Shown: piece by piece, positions 9,628 to 22,219 of the stretch
Layout of the letters: each line of letters opens with the position of its first letter
How positions within the stretch are numbered: position 1 is the first letter of the stretch
Assembly: GCF_018373335.1 (NCBI RefSeq)
Contig: NZ_JAHAHH010000001.1
Location: forward strand, 1-61,462
Source of the DNA: Negativicoccus succinicivorans
GTDB lineage: Bacteria; Bacillota; Negativicutes; Veillonellales; Negativicoccaceae
Direction: 5' to 3'
DNA: 61,462 nucleotides
Translations under genes and position numbers: made by a program
The notes under the pieces: generated by a model
The model's database searches: none
Seen by the model: only the letters and a program-made list of their open reading frames with translations
What the model was told of the DNA's origin: nothing

Positions 9628-11010
9628 TTACTTACCGACGCAAAAACGTCGGAAAATCTCATCGGTAATACTTGCCTCGGGATTTCGCCCGACAATCGCG
9701 CCCAACGCGTCCCAAGCCGCCCGTAAATCTTCCGTAATCAGATCTTCCATCAAGCCTTCATGCAAACCCTGCTGCGCGGAACGCAATGCGTCGAGCGCTC
9801 GACGCGCCAAATCCTCCTGACGTACATTCGTCAAAAGAACGCTGTCCGCGCCGGCTTGCAGCCGGTGTTGCTCGACATAGGTCGCCAACGCGTTGCCAAG
9901 TTCGTCCATACCGGTGCCCGTGCGCGCCGCGATCGCTACCTGCGGGATGCCGCCGGTGAGCGTCTCCACCTCGGCAAGATCCGCCTGCAAGGGCAAATCC
10001 GTTTTGTTCAACAGTAAAATCGCCGCTTTATTTTGCAAGGTCGCAAGCCACGCGCGCGTTTCCGCCGTCAGTGGCTGCGATGCATCCAGCACGGCGAGAA
10101 TCAAATCCGCCTGCGCGAGTTCGCGGTGCGTGCGCGCAATTCCCATTTGCTCGATTTGATCGCTCGCTTCACGAATACCCGCGGTGTCCACAAGCACCAG
10201 CGGAATACCGTGAATCAGCGCCGATTCCGTAATCGTGTCGCGTGTCGTCCCGGGAATATCCGTTACAATCGCGCGCTCTTCCGCCAGCAATTGATTCAAA
10301 AGGCTCGATTTGCCCGCATTGGGCAAGCCCGCGATAACGGTTTTTAAGCCCTCTTTCCAAACTTTTCCCGCCGCCGCGCGGGCGATCATCGTTTCCAATT
10401 CGGTAATGATCGCGGTCAGCTTCGTATCGATTTCCGCCGGCGTCAGCTCCGCCAAATCCTCTTCGGGATAATCGATCACCGCTTCCAGTGAGGCCACGAG
10501 CTCTGTCACCGCCGCGCCCGTCGCTTCCACCCAGCGGGAAAGCTTACCCGTCAGTTGACCGACCGCCACGCCTAAGCCGACTTCGCTTTTCGCGGTAATA
10601 ATATCATCCACCGCTTCCGCCTGCGTCAAATCAATACGCCCGTTCAAAAAGGCGCGTTCGGTAAATTCACCGCGCTCCGCCAAGCGCGCGCCCGCTTGGA
10701 GACAGAGCTGCAAGCTGCGCTGCAACACCAGCATCCCGCCGTGCAGTTGCAATTCCACGACATCTTCACCCGTATACGAACGCGGCGCGCGCATGACGAG
10801 CAAAATGCCTTCGTCCATCGTTTGCCCGTTCGCTACAATGTGACCGTAATGCGCCCGAAACCCGCGCGCCTGACTCCAGTCGAGCGGCGTGTACGGCCGA
10901 AAAACGCGCGCGGCGAGCGCGAGCGCATCCGGCCCGCTGATTCGGATAATACCGATTCCGCCCGTGCCGAACGGCGTTGCGATCGCGGCAATGGTATCTT
11001 CGTTATACAT
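9628..11010 (-). CDS. mnmE: tRNA modification GTPase MnmE/TrmE
   Basis: DTIAAIAT, GLPNAGKSS, GTTRD, DTAG, NKTD, C-terminal FCVGK. Confidence 0.97.
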   Translation of the reverse strand: MYNEDTIAAIATPFGTGGIGIIRISGPDALALAARVFRPYTPLDWSQARGFRAHYGHIVANGQTMDEGILLVMRAPRSYTGEDVVELQLHGGMLVLQRSLQLCLQAGARLAERGEFTERAFLNGRIDLTQAEAVDDIITAKSEVGLGVAVGQLTGKLSRWVEATGAAVTELVASLEAVIDYPEEDLAELTPAEIDTKLTAIITELETMIARAAAGKVWKEGLKTVIAGLPNAGKSSLLNQLLAEERAIVTDIPGTTRDTITESALIHGIPLVLVDTAGIREASDQIEQMGIARTHRELAQADLILAVLDASQPLTAETRAWLATLQNKAAILLLNKTDLPLQADLAEVETLTGGIPQVAIAARTGTGMDELGNALATYVEQHRLQAGADSVLLTNVRQEDLARRALDALRSAQQGLHEGLMEDLITEDLRAAWDALGAIVGRNPEASITDEIFRRFCVGK

Positions 11011-11060
11011 AATTCTCCTCAGAAAAAGAAAGACCGGGATCGCCCCGGTCTGTAATGCGT

Positions 11061-11993
11061 TTACTGCTTGTAGTGAATCACCAAGTGGCGATTGTCCAGT
11101 TCGCCTTCACTCTTCGTGTAGACGTCCGGATCGTCCTGCAATGTCAGATGAATAATTTTGCGTTCGTACGCATTCATCGGCTCCAACACCAAGGGGCGTT
11201 GGCTGCGTTTGACGCGATTCGCCAGGCGGATCGCCAGCGATTCCAGCGTCGCTTGCCGACGTTCGCGGTAATCTTCTACGTCGAGCATGACGAAATACCG
11301 ACCGCGACCGCTCTGATTGGCCGCTAAATTGGTCAGGTACTGCAACGAGTCCAACGTCTTGCCGTGCTTACCGATCAAAACGCCTAACCCGCGACCGTGT
11401 AATTGCAATAAAATGCGTTCCGCAGTCATTCGCTTTTCAATCATCACATCGAGTCCCATCGCATCGGTGACGGATTGCAAAAAGGCTTTAGCGCGCTGCG
11501 CCGTTTCCGCCTGTTCTTCCGCCGAAAATGCGCTTTGGGAACGAGTATTCGCCACCGCGTCGTTATCCGCTACATGCGCCGTGGCTGCCGCTTCCGCCTC
11601 CGGACGCAGCGTTTCTTCCGCCGCTTGGGTCTCCTGTTCAACAACGGTCGCCGGTGTTTCGATGACCGGCTCTTCGTTTTGCACTTCGATACCGGTGGCG
11701 TTTTCAAGACCTGCGGACATTTTGGCCTGGCGCTTCGAAGCTTCCGTCAATTCTTCGCGCGGCACAATATAATCCGCTTTCGCGGTCTCTTCATCGACTT
11801 CCGATTCCGTCAGACTACCATACAATTTGGTGACCAGAATCCGCGCATCTTTCGCGCCGATACCGAAGATACCCTTTGACCCTTCCGACAGAACGTCTAC
11901 ATTTACTTCACCGCGCGTGACTTTCAGCTCTGCTAATGCTTTCGCGGTAGCGTCTTCCACGGTTTTGCCCGTAAATTCGATTGGATGGCTCAT
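11061..11993 (-). CDS. jag: RNA-binding protein Jag/KhpB/EloR
   Basis: Jag_N GKTVEDA, KH LIGKHGKTLDSLQ, R3H ERKIIH. Confidence 0.93.
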   Translation of the reverse strand: MSHPIEFTGKTVEDATAKALAELKVTRGEVNVDVLSEGSKGIFGIGAKDARILVTKLYGSLTESEVDEETAKADYIVPREELTEASKRQAKMSAGLENATGIEVQNEEPVIETPATVVEQETQAAEETLRPEAEAAATAHVADNDAVANTRSQSAFSAEEQAETAQRAKAFLQSVTDAMGLDVMIEKRMTAERILLQLHGRGLGVLIGKHGKTLDSLQYLTNLAANQSGRGRYFVMLDVEDYRERRQATLESLAIRLANRVKRSQRPLVLEPMNAYERKIIHLTLQDDPDVYTKSEGELDNRHLVIHYKQ

Positions 11994-12676
11994 TTGGCAC
12001 CTGCTCCCTTCGGCTTTTCACGAAACATGATAAACTGTTGCGCCATCTGGAATAAGTTGGAAACTACCCAATAAATAACCAGACCGCTCGGAAAACTTAA
12101 GCTGATGTAGCCGATGAAAAGCGGCATAAAGACCAGCATGATTTTTTGCTGCTGCGCCGCCATAGAACCCGCCGGATTGTTGCTGCTCATCGTTTGCTTT
12201 TGCATGATGAACGTCGACAGCGCGGACAAAACAGGTAAAATATAGAACGGATCGGTCGCGCCCAGGCTCGGCAGCCATAAGAAGCTGATATATTCGGGAT
12301 CGTATTGGTAACTGCGCAACGCGTAGAAAATCGAAATCAGAAACGGCATCTGAATCAGCATCGGCAAGCAGCCCGACAGCGGATTGACACCCATCTCCTG
12401 ATACATCTTCGTCATTTCCATTTGAATCCGTTGCGGATCCCCTTTATATTTCTTTTGAATCTCCTGAAGGCGCGGCTGCATTTCCTGCATGCTCTTCATC
12501 GAGCGGATCTGCTTAATCGCCAGCGGCAAAAGCAACACGCGAATCAGAATCGTCATTACAATAATTGCGATCCCGTAACTCGGGAATCCCGCCATCTGCG
12601 TCAATTGGTAGCAAAACGACAAGAAATGCTGCATGATTGACGCTAAAAAATCAATGGCATCACTGAATATACTCAC
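11990..12676 (-). CDS. yidC: Membrane protein insertase YidC
   Basis: [18 protein letters not shown]; synteny. Confidence 0.95.
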   Translation of the reverse strand: MSIFSDAIDFLASIMQHFLSFCYQLTQMAGFPSYGIAIIVMTILIRVLLLPLAIKQIRSMKSMQEMQPRLQEIQKKYKGDPQRIQMEMTKMYQEMGVNPLSGCLPMLIQMPFLISIFYALRSYQYDPEYISFLWLPSLGATDPFYILPVLSALSTFIMQKQTMSSNNPAGSMAAQQQKIMLVFMPLFIGYISLSFPSGLVIYWVVSNLFQMAQQFIMFREKPKGAGAK

Positions 12677-12917
12677 TCGGTTCCTCCTTTAAGGATGCGC
12701 GGGCAGGCGGTACAGGATCATAGCCCCCCGAATGCAAGGGATGACACTTCAGCAGGCGTCGCAACGCCAGCCAACTTCCCTGCAGGGGTCCGAAGCGTAT
12801 AATCGCTTCGCGGGCATAACTGCTGCACGTCGGATAAAAACGACATGTCGGCGGTTTCAACGGTGAAAGAAAGCGACGGTAAAAGTCGATCATACCGATT
12901 AAAATACGCGTCAGCAT
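12660..12917 (-). CDS. yidD: Membrane protein insertion efficiency factor YidD
   Basis: [25 protein letters not shown]. Confidence 0.95.
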   Translation of the reverse strand: MLTRILIGMIDFYRRFLSPLKPPTCRFYPTCSSYAREAIIRFGPLQGSWLALRRLLKCHPLHSGGYDPVPPARASLKEEPSEYIQ

Positions 12918-13258
12918 TGCAAAAGTTTCGCCCTTCTGAGCACATATAATAAATCCCGCTCCGCTTCCGCATATGACGCTTGCGCCAACCGCTTACGTCC
13001 CACCAGAACCAGGTGATAGCCCGGTTTCAGCTGCGGCCGATGCAGGCGATACGCTTCGCGAAGCAAACGGCGCGCACGATTTCGCGCGACCGCATTTCCT
13101 ACCTTTTTGCCGGTGACAAAGCCGACCCGTGTGGGTTCGCCCTGTCGCGGCAGCACATACAGTACCAGACGATTGGCAATCACGGCACGACCGTGTTGGT
13201 AGACACGCCGGTACTCATGGCCCTGCGTAATTCGATCCCCTTTTTTCAATTCGTGCAT
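12911..13258 (-). CDS. rnpA: Ribonuclease P protein component
   Basis: [14 protein letters not shown] (RNR motif). Confidence 0.95.
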   Translation of the reverse strand: MHELKKGDRITQGHEYRRVYQHGRAVIANRLVLYVLPRQGEPTRVGFVTGKKVGNAVARNRARRLLREAYRLHRPQLKPGYHLVLVGRKRLAQASYAEAERDLLYVLRRAKLLQC

Positions 13259-13278
13259 GACAACCGTCCCTTATGTAC

Positions 13279-13310
13279 ACAAAGAACTTGGCCGAGGCCA
13301 AGTTCTTTGT
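13279..13310. terminator. Hairpin between rpmH and rnpA
   Basis: ACAAAGAACTTGGCC-GA-GGCCAAGTTCTTTGT perfect inverted repeat. Confidence 0.55.
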
Positions 13311-13322
13311 ATCGCCTCTCGC

Positions 13323-13457
13323 TTAGGCGGATAATTTTTTTCTGCCTTTCAATCTTCTTCTTTTCAAGACCATGCGGCCGCCTTTAGTTTTCATGCGTTC
13401 CCGAAAACCGTGGGTACGTTTGCGCCAAAGCACACTCGGTTGATACGTCCGTTTCAT
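13323..13457 (-). CDS. rpmH: 50S ribosomal protein L34
   Basis: MKRTYQPS...HGFRERM; GGAGG RBS. Confidence 0.97.
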   Translation of the reverse strand: MKRTYQPSVLWRKRTHGFRERMKTKGGRMVLKRRRLKGRKKLSA

Positions 13458-13668
13458 GTCTGCACCTCCTTCTAGCATTAGGTGAATCAGTTCATACCAT
13501 AACAAAGTAATTATATTGAAAAAGTTTGTCGCTGTCAATCAAAAGGCTTGTCATTGCGCAAAGAATTATTCGGTACTTAATATATATGAAAAATTTTTGC
13601 CAAAATTTTCATTTTTTACTTGAAGTGTTGTCCGCCTGTGCTATAATTAGTGAAATATCTATTAAGGG

Positions 13669-15018
13669 GTGATGAAAATGCGAGGACAGACCATTTCTCG
13701 CTCTGCCTATGTATCCATAGGCCTCATGTTATTTGCATTATTTTTCGGAGCGGGAAACTTGATTTTCCCGGCCTCTCTGGGACAACATGCCGGCTTGAAT
13801 TTTCCGGAAGCGATTCTGGGCTTTTTAGTCACCGGCGTCGGTCTGCCTTTGTTGGGCGTTATGGCCATCGGCTACTCCGGCAGTCGCGACCTGCAGGATC
13901 TCGCATCGCGTGTCCATCCCGTCTTCGGTCTTTTATTTACCATTTTATTGTACCTGACAATCGGACCGTTTTTCGCCATCCCGCGTACGGGAACGGTGTC
14001 GTATGAAATCGGCATCAAACCGTTTTTGGGCGCCGGCGCCGGCAACTTGGAGTTATCGATTTTTCTCGCCGTGTTCTTCGGCCTTTCGTGGTGGTTTTCC
14101 ATTTCGCCGGCCAAGCTCGTTTCGCGTATCGGTAAAGTATTGACGCCGCTCTTACTTTTATTTCTCGGCATACTGATCGTAAAATCCCTTCTCTCACCGA
14201 TCGGACCGATGCAAGCTCCGACGCCGACATACGCTACTTCCGGTCTGGCGTTTGCGCAGGGCTTCCTGGACGGTTACAACACGATGGATGCGTTGGCGTC
14301 CTTGGTCTTCGGCATCATCATCGTCAAATCCGTCAAACAGTACGGCGCGGAATTTGAGCGTGATATCGCGGCGGCTACGTTTAAATCCGGCTTGATTGCC
14401 GCGATCTGCCTGGGCGTTGTCTATGTCTTTATCGGCAACATCGGCGCGACCAGCGTCACCGGCATCGGCATGCAGGAAACGGGCGCGCCGGTTCTCTCGC
14501 TTTCGACGCAGTTTTACTTTGGCGATCCGGGCGCATTCATTTTGGCCGTCATTGTCGTCCTGGCGTGTTTGACGACAAGCATCGGTTTGATTACCTCCTG
14601 CTCCACCTACTTCAACGAATTGGTTCCGGCGCTTTCTTATCGCGCGTGGGTATGCATCTTCTCCTTATTTTCCGCGGTAATCGGCATGTTCGGTTTGTCG
14701 ACGATCATTTCCGCCGCGATTCCGGTGCTGATGTTCCTGTATCCCTTGACGATGGTGATGATGGCGCTGACGTTTTTGGCACCGCTTTTTGACAATCGCC
14801 AGGCGGGTTACCTCATTACGCAACTCTTTACATTGGTTCCCGCGCTCTATGACGGATTGCGCACCGCAGGTTTTGAAATGCCGGCTCTCACGAACTGGAT
14901 GGCAACGAATTTACCGTTATTCGGTTACGGTTTGGGCTGGGTATCTTTTGCGGTCGTCGGTTTCATTCTGGCGCTCTGCTATGTGAAGCTCGTGAAAAAA
15001 ACACCGACAACTGTCTAA
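13669..15018 (+). CDS. brnQ: Branched-chain amino acid transport system II carrier
   Basis: LFALFFGAGNLIFP, IGPFFAIPRT, GYNTMDALA, ACLTTSIGL. Confidence 0.93.
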   Translation: MMKMRGQTISRSAYVSIGLMLFALFFGAGNLIFPASLGQHAGLNFPEAILGFLVTGVGLPLLGVMAIGYSGSRDLQDLASRVHPVFGLLFTILLYLTIGPFFAIPRTGTVSYEIGIKPFLGAGAGNLELSIFLAVFFGLSWWFSISPAKLVSRIGKVLTPLLLLFLGILIVKSLLSPIGPMQAPTPTYATSGLAFAQGFLDGYNTMDALASLVFGIIIVKSVKQYGAEFERDIAAATFKSGLIAAICLGVVYVFIGNIGATSVTGIGMQETGAPVLSLSTQFYFGDPGAFILAVIVVLACLTTSIGLITSCSTYFNELVPALSYRAWVCIFSLFSAVIGMFGLSTIISAAIPVLMFLYPLTMVMMALTFLAPLFDNRQAGYLITQLFTLVPALYDGLRTAGFEMPALTNWMATNLPLFGYGLGWVSFAVVGFILALCYVKLVKKTPTTV

Positions 15019-15023
15019 CCGAT

Positions 15024-15057
15024 AAAAAACCGGTCGGAAAATTTCCGTCCGGTTTTT
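15024..15057 (+). terminator. Intrinsic terminator after brnQ
   Basis: AAAAAACCGGTCGGAAA...TTTCCGTCCGGTTTTT. Confidence 0.7.
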
Positions 15058-15116
15058 GTTTGCGCTATTCTAAAATTGGTGGATATCTGCTAGAATAAAG
15101 ACACATTTACACGGAG

Positions 15117-15146
15117 TTGTCCACTGACTTATCCTCATTGTCCACA
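15117..15146. promoter_or_regulatory. Degenerate DnaA boxes upstream of dnaA
   Basis: TTGTCCACT, TTATCCTCA and TTGTCCACA in tandem. Confidence 0.7.
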
Positions 15147-15208
15147 GCATTAAACCCTTATTTTGCAATACTTTCACTTTTATTTCCACCATTTTCACGG
15201 AGAATTTT

Positions 15209-16681
15209 ATGACCGATATTTTTGATTTTTGGGAAACCGTACTGGCCCGACTGGGCGAACGGATTTCCCCGGAGATGTTGAACTGGCTCATGTCGCATGT
15301 CTTGCCGCTGACATTAACGGAAGACACATTGACGGCGCAAGTAAGCAAACCGTTTTTAAAAATTTGGCTCGAAAAAAATCTCTTGAGCGATTTGCAGGCA
15401 ACTGTCAACGAAGTGGCTGCGCGGCCGCTCACATTGCAAATCACCTTGCCCCAAGCGACGGACGTACCGATACCGCCGTTGCCGTCGACAAACACCACGG
15501 AAACTTTTACATTGCCCGAACCCCCGGTGCCGGTACTTCCCAAACCGACACAAACCGTCGTGCAGGAAACCTCGCCGAGCACTCCACCAGCCGCTGCAGT
15601 ACAAATCCCCGCGGCGCCGGAAAGTGAGTACAACTTCGGCAAACATTCGATTCCCATCGACCCCGCCTGCACCTTTGACAATTTTATTGTTTCCAATTCC
15701 AATACGTTGGCGCGCAGCGCGGCATTCGCCGTCGCGCAACAACCGGCGCAGTACCAAAATCCGTTATTCATCTACGGACCTTCAGGACTCGGCAAGACCC
15801 ACTTGATGCACGCCATTTGCAACTATGTGCGCACCCACACGCCGGAAAAGAAGTTTTTATTTCTCACGAGTGAAGATTTTACCAATGATTTCATTTCCGC
15901 GCTGACGCAAAAAGGAGTGGAGCATAACCGCGCCTTTCGGGAAAAATATCGTTCCGTCGATTATCTGCTCATTGATGACGTGCAGTTTTTCGGCAAAAAA
16001 GACGGTACGCAATTGGAGTTTTTCCACACGTTTAATGAACTGCTGAACAGTAAGAAACAAATCGTCATGACCTGCGATCGGCTGCCGGAAAATATGGAAA
16101 AAGTCGAGCAGCGACTGATCTCGCGTTTCCGCATGGGTCTGGTCGTTGAAATTCAACCGCCGGACTTTGAAATCCGCAGCGCCTATTTACAGAAAAAAGC
16201 GGCCGCGGCGGACATTTCGATTCCGACCGAAGTCGTATCCTTTCTCGCGGAAAATTTTACCGAAGACTTTCGGGAACTGGGGGGCGTGTTTAATCGCATC
16301 GCCACATTACAGTCATTATCGCCGGAACCGATTACGGTCGAGTGGGCGCAGCAGCAACTGGCCGATATCCTGCCGGCCGAACGCCGCATTATTTTGAATC
16401 CGGATATTATCATCAACGAAGTCGCGAGCTTTTATAAAATTCGCCGTGATAAACTCGTCGGCAAAACACGTCCGAAAAATATCGTGTTCCCGCGGCAAAT
16501 CGCCATGTTCCTCTGCCGTGACATGTTGGATTTATCCTTTAAAGAAATCGCGGCGGCTTTTAACAAAAATGACCATACGACCGTCATGCACGCTTACGAC
16601 AAAATTTATAAAGAACTGCAAACCAATATCAAGCTGCAGGAAGAGATAAAACAGATCCGGCAATTTTTGACCGGCGGATAA
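15209..16681 (+). CDS. dnaA: Chromosomal replication initiator DnaA
   Basis: NPLFIYGPSGLGKTHL, LLIDDVQF, EFFHTFNEL, DHTTVMHA; Pro/Thr-rich domain II. Confidence 0.97.
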   Translation: MTDIFDFWETVLARLGERISPEMLNWLMSHVLPLTLTEDTLTAQVSKPFLKIWLEKNLLSDLQATVNEVAARPLTLQITLPQATDVPIPPLPSTNTTETFTLPEPPVPVLPKPTQTVVQETSPSTPPAAAVQIPAAPESEYNFGKHSIPIDPACTFDNFIVSNSNTLARSAAFAVAQQPAQYQNPLFIYGPSGLGKTHLMHAICNYVRTHTPEKKFLFLTSEDFTNDFISALTQKGVEHNRAFREKYRSVDYLLIDDVQFFGKKDGTQLEFFHTFNELLNSKKQIVMTCDRLPENMEKVEQRLISRFRMGLVVEIQPPDFEIRSAYLQKKAAAADISIPTEVVSFLAENFTEDFRELGGVFNRIATLQSLSPEPITVEWAQQQLADILPAERRIILNPDIIINEVASFYKIRRDKLVGKTRPKNIVFPRQIAMFLCRDMLDLSFKEIAAAFNKNDHTTVMHAYDKIYKELQTNIKLQEEIKQIRQFLTGG

Positions 16682-16911
16682 CCAGCGGATGAAGAGCGAA
16701 AATGACGTGGATAATTTCGGATGTTATCCACTTTATCGGCGGGTATGAGGGATAAGGAGCGCAATTTTATCTTTTATCCACCGACTTATTCACATCAATG
16801 CGAATAACATTTACAAGCTTTGCCCGCATTATCCACTTTTCCACCGCGTCTACTACTACTGCTATTTTTTAACTGTAAACAATCAAAAATCGCCATCGTA
16901 AGGAGGCCATC
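16682..16911. other. oriC: oriC unwinding region (dnaA-dnaN intergenic)
   Basis: Several DnaA-box-like 9-mers (e.g. TTATTCACA, TTATCCACT, TTATCCACC); tandem boxes at about 16829-16845, a short GC spacer, DnaA-trios CTACTACTACTGCTA at 16850-16864, then a T-rich run. Confidence 0.88.
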
Positions 16912-18021
16912 ATGAAATTATCGTTACCCACCCAAGCTTTACAATCGGCATTGGACCAAGTCAGCCGCGCCGCCGCACCGAAAGTCGGTAATAATGCGTA
17001 TGCGGGAATTTTATTGAGCGCTGCCGACAATATGTTGGAAATACAGGCGACGGATTACCAGGTCAGTGTACGGGTCCGCACGCCGGCGACCGTCACCGAA
17101 CCGGGTGAAACAGTCGTATTGGCCGCGTATTTGCCGGAATTGATCAAAAAGCTGCCGGCGGGTACGGTGGAAATCCAAAGTCAGACCGGTGCATCCACAT
17201 TATTGATTCGCGCGGGACGCAGTGAAAATGAAATGGTAACCGGCGTCGCCGGCGAATTTCCCCGTTTGGATGAATTGGATAATCCCCAACAATTTACGTT
17301 GCCTAGCGATCAGCTGCGCGATATGTACAGTCTGACGCAATTCGCTGTCGCGGGCGACAACCAACGTCCGATTTTCAGCGGCATTTTGTTGGAGGCGGGG
17401 GAGAAAGCGGCGCGCATGGTCGCTACCGATACGCACCGATTGGCATTGCGTGAAGTAGCGCTGGCGGATGCGTTGGCGCAGCCGGTGCGTTTGGTAATTC
17501 CCGAACGCGTGCTCGCCGATGTCGTGCGTCTGTTGCCGATGAATGAACCGGTCGATGTGACGATTTCCTGGCGTCGCGACTATGTCGCGTTCGAATTTGC
17601 GGGCGTGTATTTCGTGTCCAATCTGATCGCGGGCGAATTTCCGGATTATGAACGCGTGTTCCCGGCGCGTTTTGATGCGAAGGCGGTTATCGATCGGCGC
17701 GAATTTACCGCGGCGTTGGAACGAGCGGCCTTAATTTCGCGCAACATGGCGTATAAAACTGTTACCTTAAAATGGGGTAACGACAGTGTGGAAATCAGCG
17801 CGACGAGCGCCGAAGTGGGGAGCACGGAAGAAACATTACCGGTGGCCTATGAGGGGGAAGCATTGGAAATCGTGTTCAACTGCTTCTACTTGCTCGATAT
17901 TTTAAAACGTTCGACAGGCGATAAAATTACCCTGCACATCCTGCAAAACGGACCGATGCTTGTGGAACAGGAAAACGATCCGGATTACCGGTATGTGGTC
18001 ACGCCGATGCGAGGACATTAA
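16912..18021 (+). CDS. dnaN: DNA polymerase III beta sliding clamp
   Basis: VATDTHRLA, GEFPDYERV, C-terminal VVTPMR. Confidence 0.95.
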   Translation: MKLSLPTQALQSALDQVSRAAAPKVGNNAYAGILLSAADNMLEIQATDYQVSVRVRTPATVTEPGETVVLAAYLPELIKKLPAGTVEIQSQTGASTLLIRAGRSENEMVTGVAGEFPRLDELDNPQQFTLPSDQLRDMYSLTQFAVAGDNQRPIFSGILLEAGEKAARMVATDTHRLALREVALADALAQPVRLVIPERVLADVVRLLPMNEPVDVTISWRRDYVAFEFAGVYFVSNLIAGEFPDYERVFPARFDAKAVIDRREFTAALERAALISRNMAYKTVTLKWGNDSVEISATSAEVGSTEETLPVAYEGEALEIVFNCFYLLDILKRSTGDKITLHILQNGPMLVEQENDPDYRYVVTPMRGH

Positions 18022-18022
18022 G

Positions 18023-18241
18023 ATGCGGGAAATTACGATTCATACGCCTTTCATCGCGTTAAATGAACTGCTGAAACTCGCCGGCGTAGTGGGTTCGGGG
18101 GCGGAGGCGAAACTATTGATCCGCAGCGGTGAAGTTTGGGTCAACGGCGAACCTTGCACCGTAGTTCGCAAAAAAATTACCGCCAATGATCGCGTCGATG
18201 TGCCCGATCAGGGCAGCTTCGCGGTTGTGTCCGAAGCATGA
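18023..18241 (+). CDS. yaaA: S4-domain RNA-binding protein YaaA
   Basis: FIALNELLKLAGVVGSGAEAK...VNGE; lies between dnaN and recF. Confidence 0.9.
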   Translation: MREITIHTPFIALNELLKLAGVVGSGAEAKLLIRSGEVWVNGEPCTVVRKKITANDRVDVPDQGSFAVVSEA

Positions 18242-19311
18242 AAATCGCCACCGTTGCGGTGACGGATTTTCGCAGCTATGCGGAATATTCGCTGACGCTT
18301 TCCGCTCCGACGACATTGCTTTACGGCCCGAACGGTTGCGGCAAAACGAATCTTTTGGAAGCGATGTATCTCGCTTCCGTGGGAAAATCGCCGCGCACGA
18401 GTCATGATCGGCTGATGATTCGTCACAGCGCGGAAAGCGCCGCTGTTCGGGTCGATTTTACGCGCCATGAAGTCGCGCAAAAAATTCAAATCAATTTATA
18501 TAAAAATAAACGCAAAGAAATGTGGATCAATGCGACGCCGGTTCGCCAAAAAGAATTGGTCGGGACATTGCACACCGTTTATTTCGGGCCGGATGATTTG
18601 CAATTGATCAAAGGCAGTCCGCAGGGGCGGCGCCGTTTTTTGGATTTGAGTTTGGCGCGGGCGAACTCGCTATATTATGATGCGTTACTGCGCTACAATC
18701 GGATTTTGGCGCAGCGTAACCAACTGCTGAAAGCGCAGCGGGCGGCGGATTTGACACCGTGGGATGAGCAGCTGGCGACGCAGGCCGTCTATATTACCCG
18801 CGCGAGATTGCAGGCGTTGGAGGAGTGGAACAGGCTGGTCGGACCGACATCGCAAACCTGGTCAGCCGGAGATCTCAACGTGCATTTGAAATACCTGCGC
18901 TCGTATGCCAAAAGTGAAGATATTTCCAAAGAGGAGTATTTACATCTATATAAAGAAACGCTGGAACGTGATTTGAAAAGCGGTTTTACCTCCATCGGAC
19001 CGCATCGTGCCGATGTGGTGTTTTACCATGAGGATAAAAATTTGGCCGATTACGGATCGCAGGGCGAGCAGCGGCTCGCCATTTTGGCGTTAAAATTATC
19101 CGAAACCACGTATTTAAAAGAACATGTCGGCGAATTACCCGTGTTGCTGTTGGACGATGTCCTCAGCGAACTTGATGAGGAACGGCAACAGGAATTGTTA
19201 CGCTGGACCGCCGATCGGCAGTTGCAATTGATCATGACCGCCGCGTATCGTCCGAACCGGTTGCCGGAACCGGTCGATATGCGTTGCTTGGAGAAATCCC
19301 ATGGCGCATAA
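18238..19311 (+). CDS. recF: DNA replication/repair protein RecF
   Basis: GPNGCGKTN, GPHRAD, GSQGEQR, LLLDDVLSELD. Confidence 0.96.
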   Translation: MKIATVAVTDFRSYAEYSLTLSAPTTLLYGPNGCGKTNLLEAMYLASVGKSPRTSHDRLMIRHSAESAAVRVDFTRHEVAQKIQINLYKNKRKEMWINATPVRQKELVGTLHTVYFGPDDLQLIKGSPQGRRRFLDLSLARANSLYYDALLRYNRILAQRNQLLKAQRAADLTPWDEQLATQAVYITRARLQALEEWNRLVGPTSQTWSAGDLNVHLKYLRSYAKSEDISKEEYLHLYKETLERDLKSGFTSIGPHRADVVFYHEDKNLADYGSQGEQRLAILALKLSETTYLKEHVGELPVLLLDDVLSELDEERQQELLRWTADRQLQLIMTAAYRPNRLPEPVDMRCLEKSHGA

Positions 19312-20140
19312 TTTAAGTCCTTTACAACAGGCGCTCGCCGTCTGGACGGAGCAATGGAAAGACCAGCCGCAAATGCGGTTGTACCGATTGCAGGAAAGCT
19401 GGCCCGAAGTCGTCGGCAAAATACTGGCGAAAAAATCCTTTATCGGTAAGTATGACGGCGCGATGGTCACGGTGCTTGCGGATAATTCCGTCTGGTTGAA
19501 TGAACTTTTTATTCAGCGGGAAAAAATTATCAAAAAATTGGCCGACCGATTTCCGGAATACACCATCACAGATTTGAAATTTGGCACCGGTCGCCGCGCG
19601 CAACAGGCGCCAAAGAAAGCGGCGGAAAAAAGGATACAGGAGCATATTCCCGCATTGACCGCGGCGCAGAAAGAAGAAGTGGCCGCGTTTTTTGCGGCGG
19701 TACCGGATCCGACCTTAAAACAATCGTTGATTCATTTGCGCGAACGGCAACTGGCGCTGGAATTGGCGCGACGGGAAGCGGGTTTTGTACCCTGCGGAGT
19801 CTGCCACCAGTTGACGGACGCGGTCGACGGTACTTGTGAAATGTGTAAGTTGCGCGCGCAGGCGCAAGAACGTCACGCCGTCACCCGCTATCTGAAAGAG
19901 CATCCGGCCGCATCGTATCGGGATATCATAGCGGCTGTGGGCACGAGCGAGAGCATGTATGCGCAGGCGCGGCAATACTTGATCTATCGCACGCTCGATC
20001 ATATCTATCACCGTGTGGAAACGGCGGCGGAGCAGGTCATGCTCGCGAGTTTACTCACCGGCATCGAACCGCAGGAACTGACGGAGGATCATGTCCGAAA
20101 TCTCTTGGCGAAGTTCGCGCGTAAAGCGGAAGATAAATAA
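19301..20140 (+). CDS. DUF721/DciA-family protein with CxxC-CxxC extension
   Basis: WPEVVG...NSVWLNEL...II N-terminal pattern; CGVC...CEMC; lies between recF and gyrB. Confidence 0.78.
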   Translation: MAHNLSPLQQALAVWTEQWKDQPQMRLYRLQESWPEVVGKILAKKSFIGKYDGAMVTVLADNSVWLNELFIQREKIIKKLADRFPEYTITDLKFGTGRRAQQAPKKAAEKRIQEHIPALTAAQKEEVAAFFAAVPDPTLKQSLIHLRERQLALELARREAGFVPCGVCHQLTDAVDGTCEMCKLRAQAQERHAVTRYLKEHPAASYRDIIAAVGTSESMYAQARQYLIYRTLDHIYHRVETAAEQVMLASLLTGIEPQELTEDHVRNLLAKFARKAEDK

Positions 20141-20290
20141 CGTAAAATAAAAAATAAGCGAATTTTATTCGCCTCGACTCTTACCCCATATAAAAATCAA
20201 AAAAGGCCCGTAACGGGCTTATTTTGATAAAATAAGTATATTTTTCAAATTATTTATAGTATACTGTATATATTAAGATAAAAATTTTGA

Positions 20291-22217
<1,927 letters not shown>

Positions 22218-22219
<2 letters not shown>

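Noticed and set aside
13590..13612. CodY-box-like AT-rich palindrome upstream of brnQ
   Set aside because: About four mismatches to AATTTTCWGAAAATT in AT-rich DNA; plausible but unsupported.
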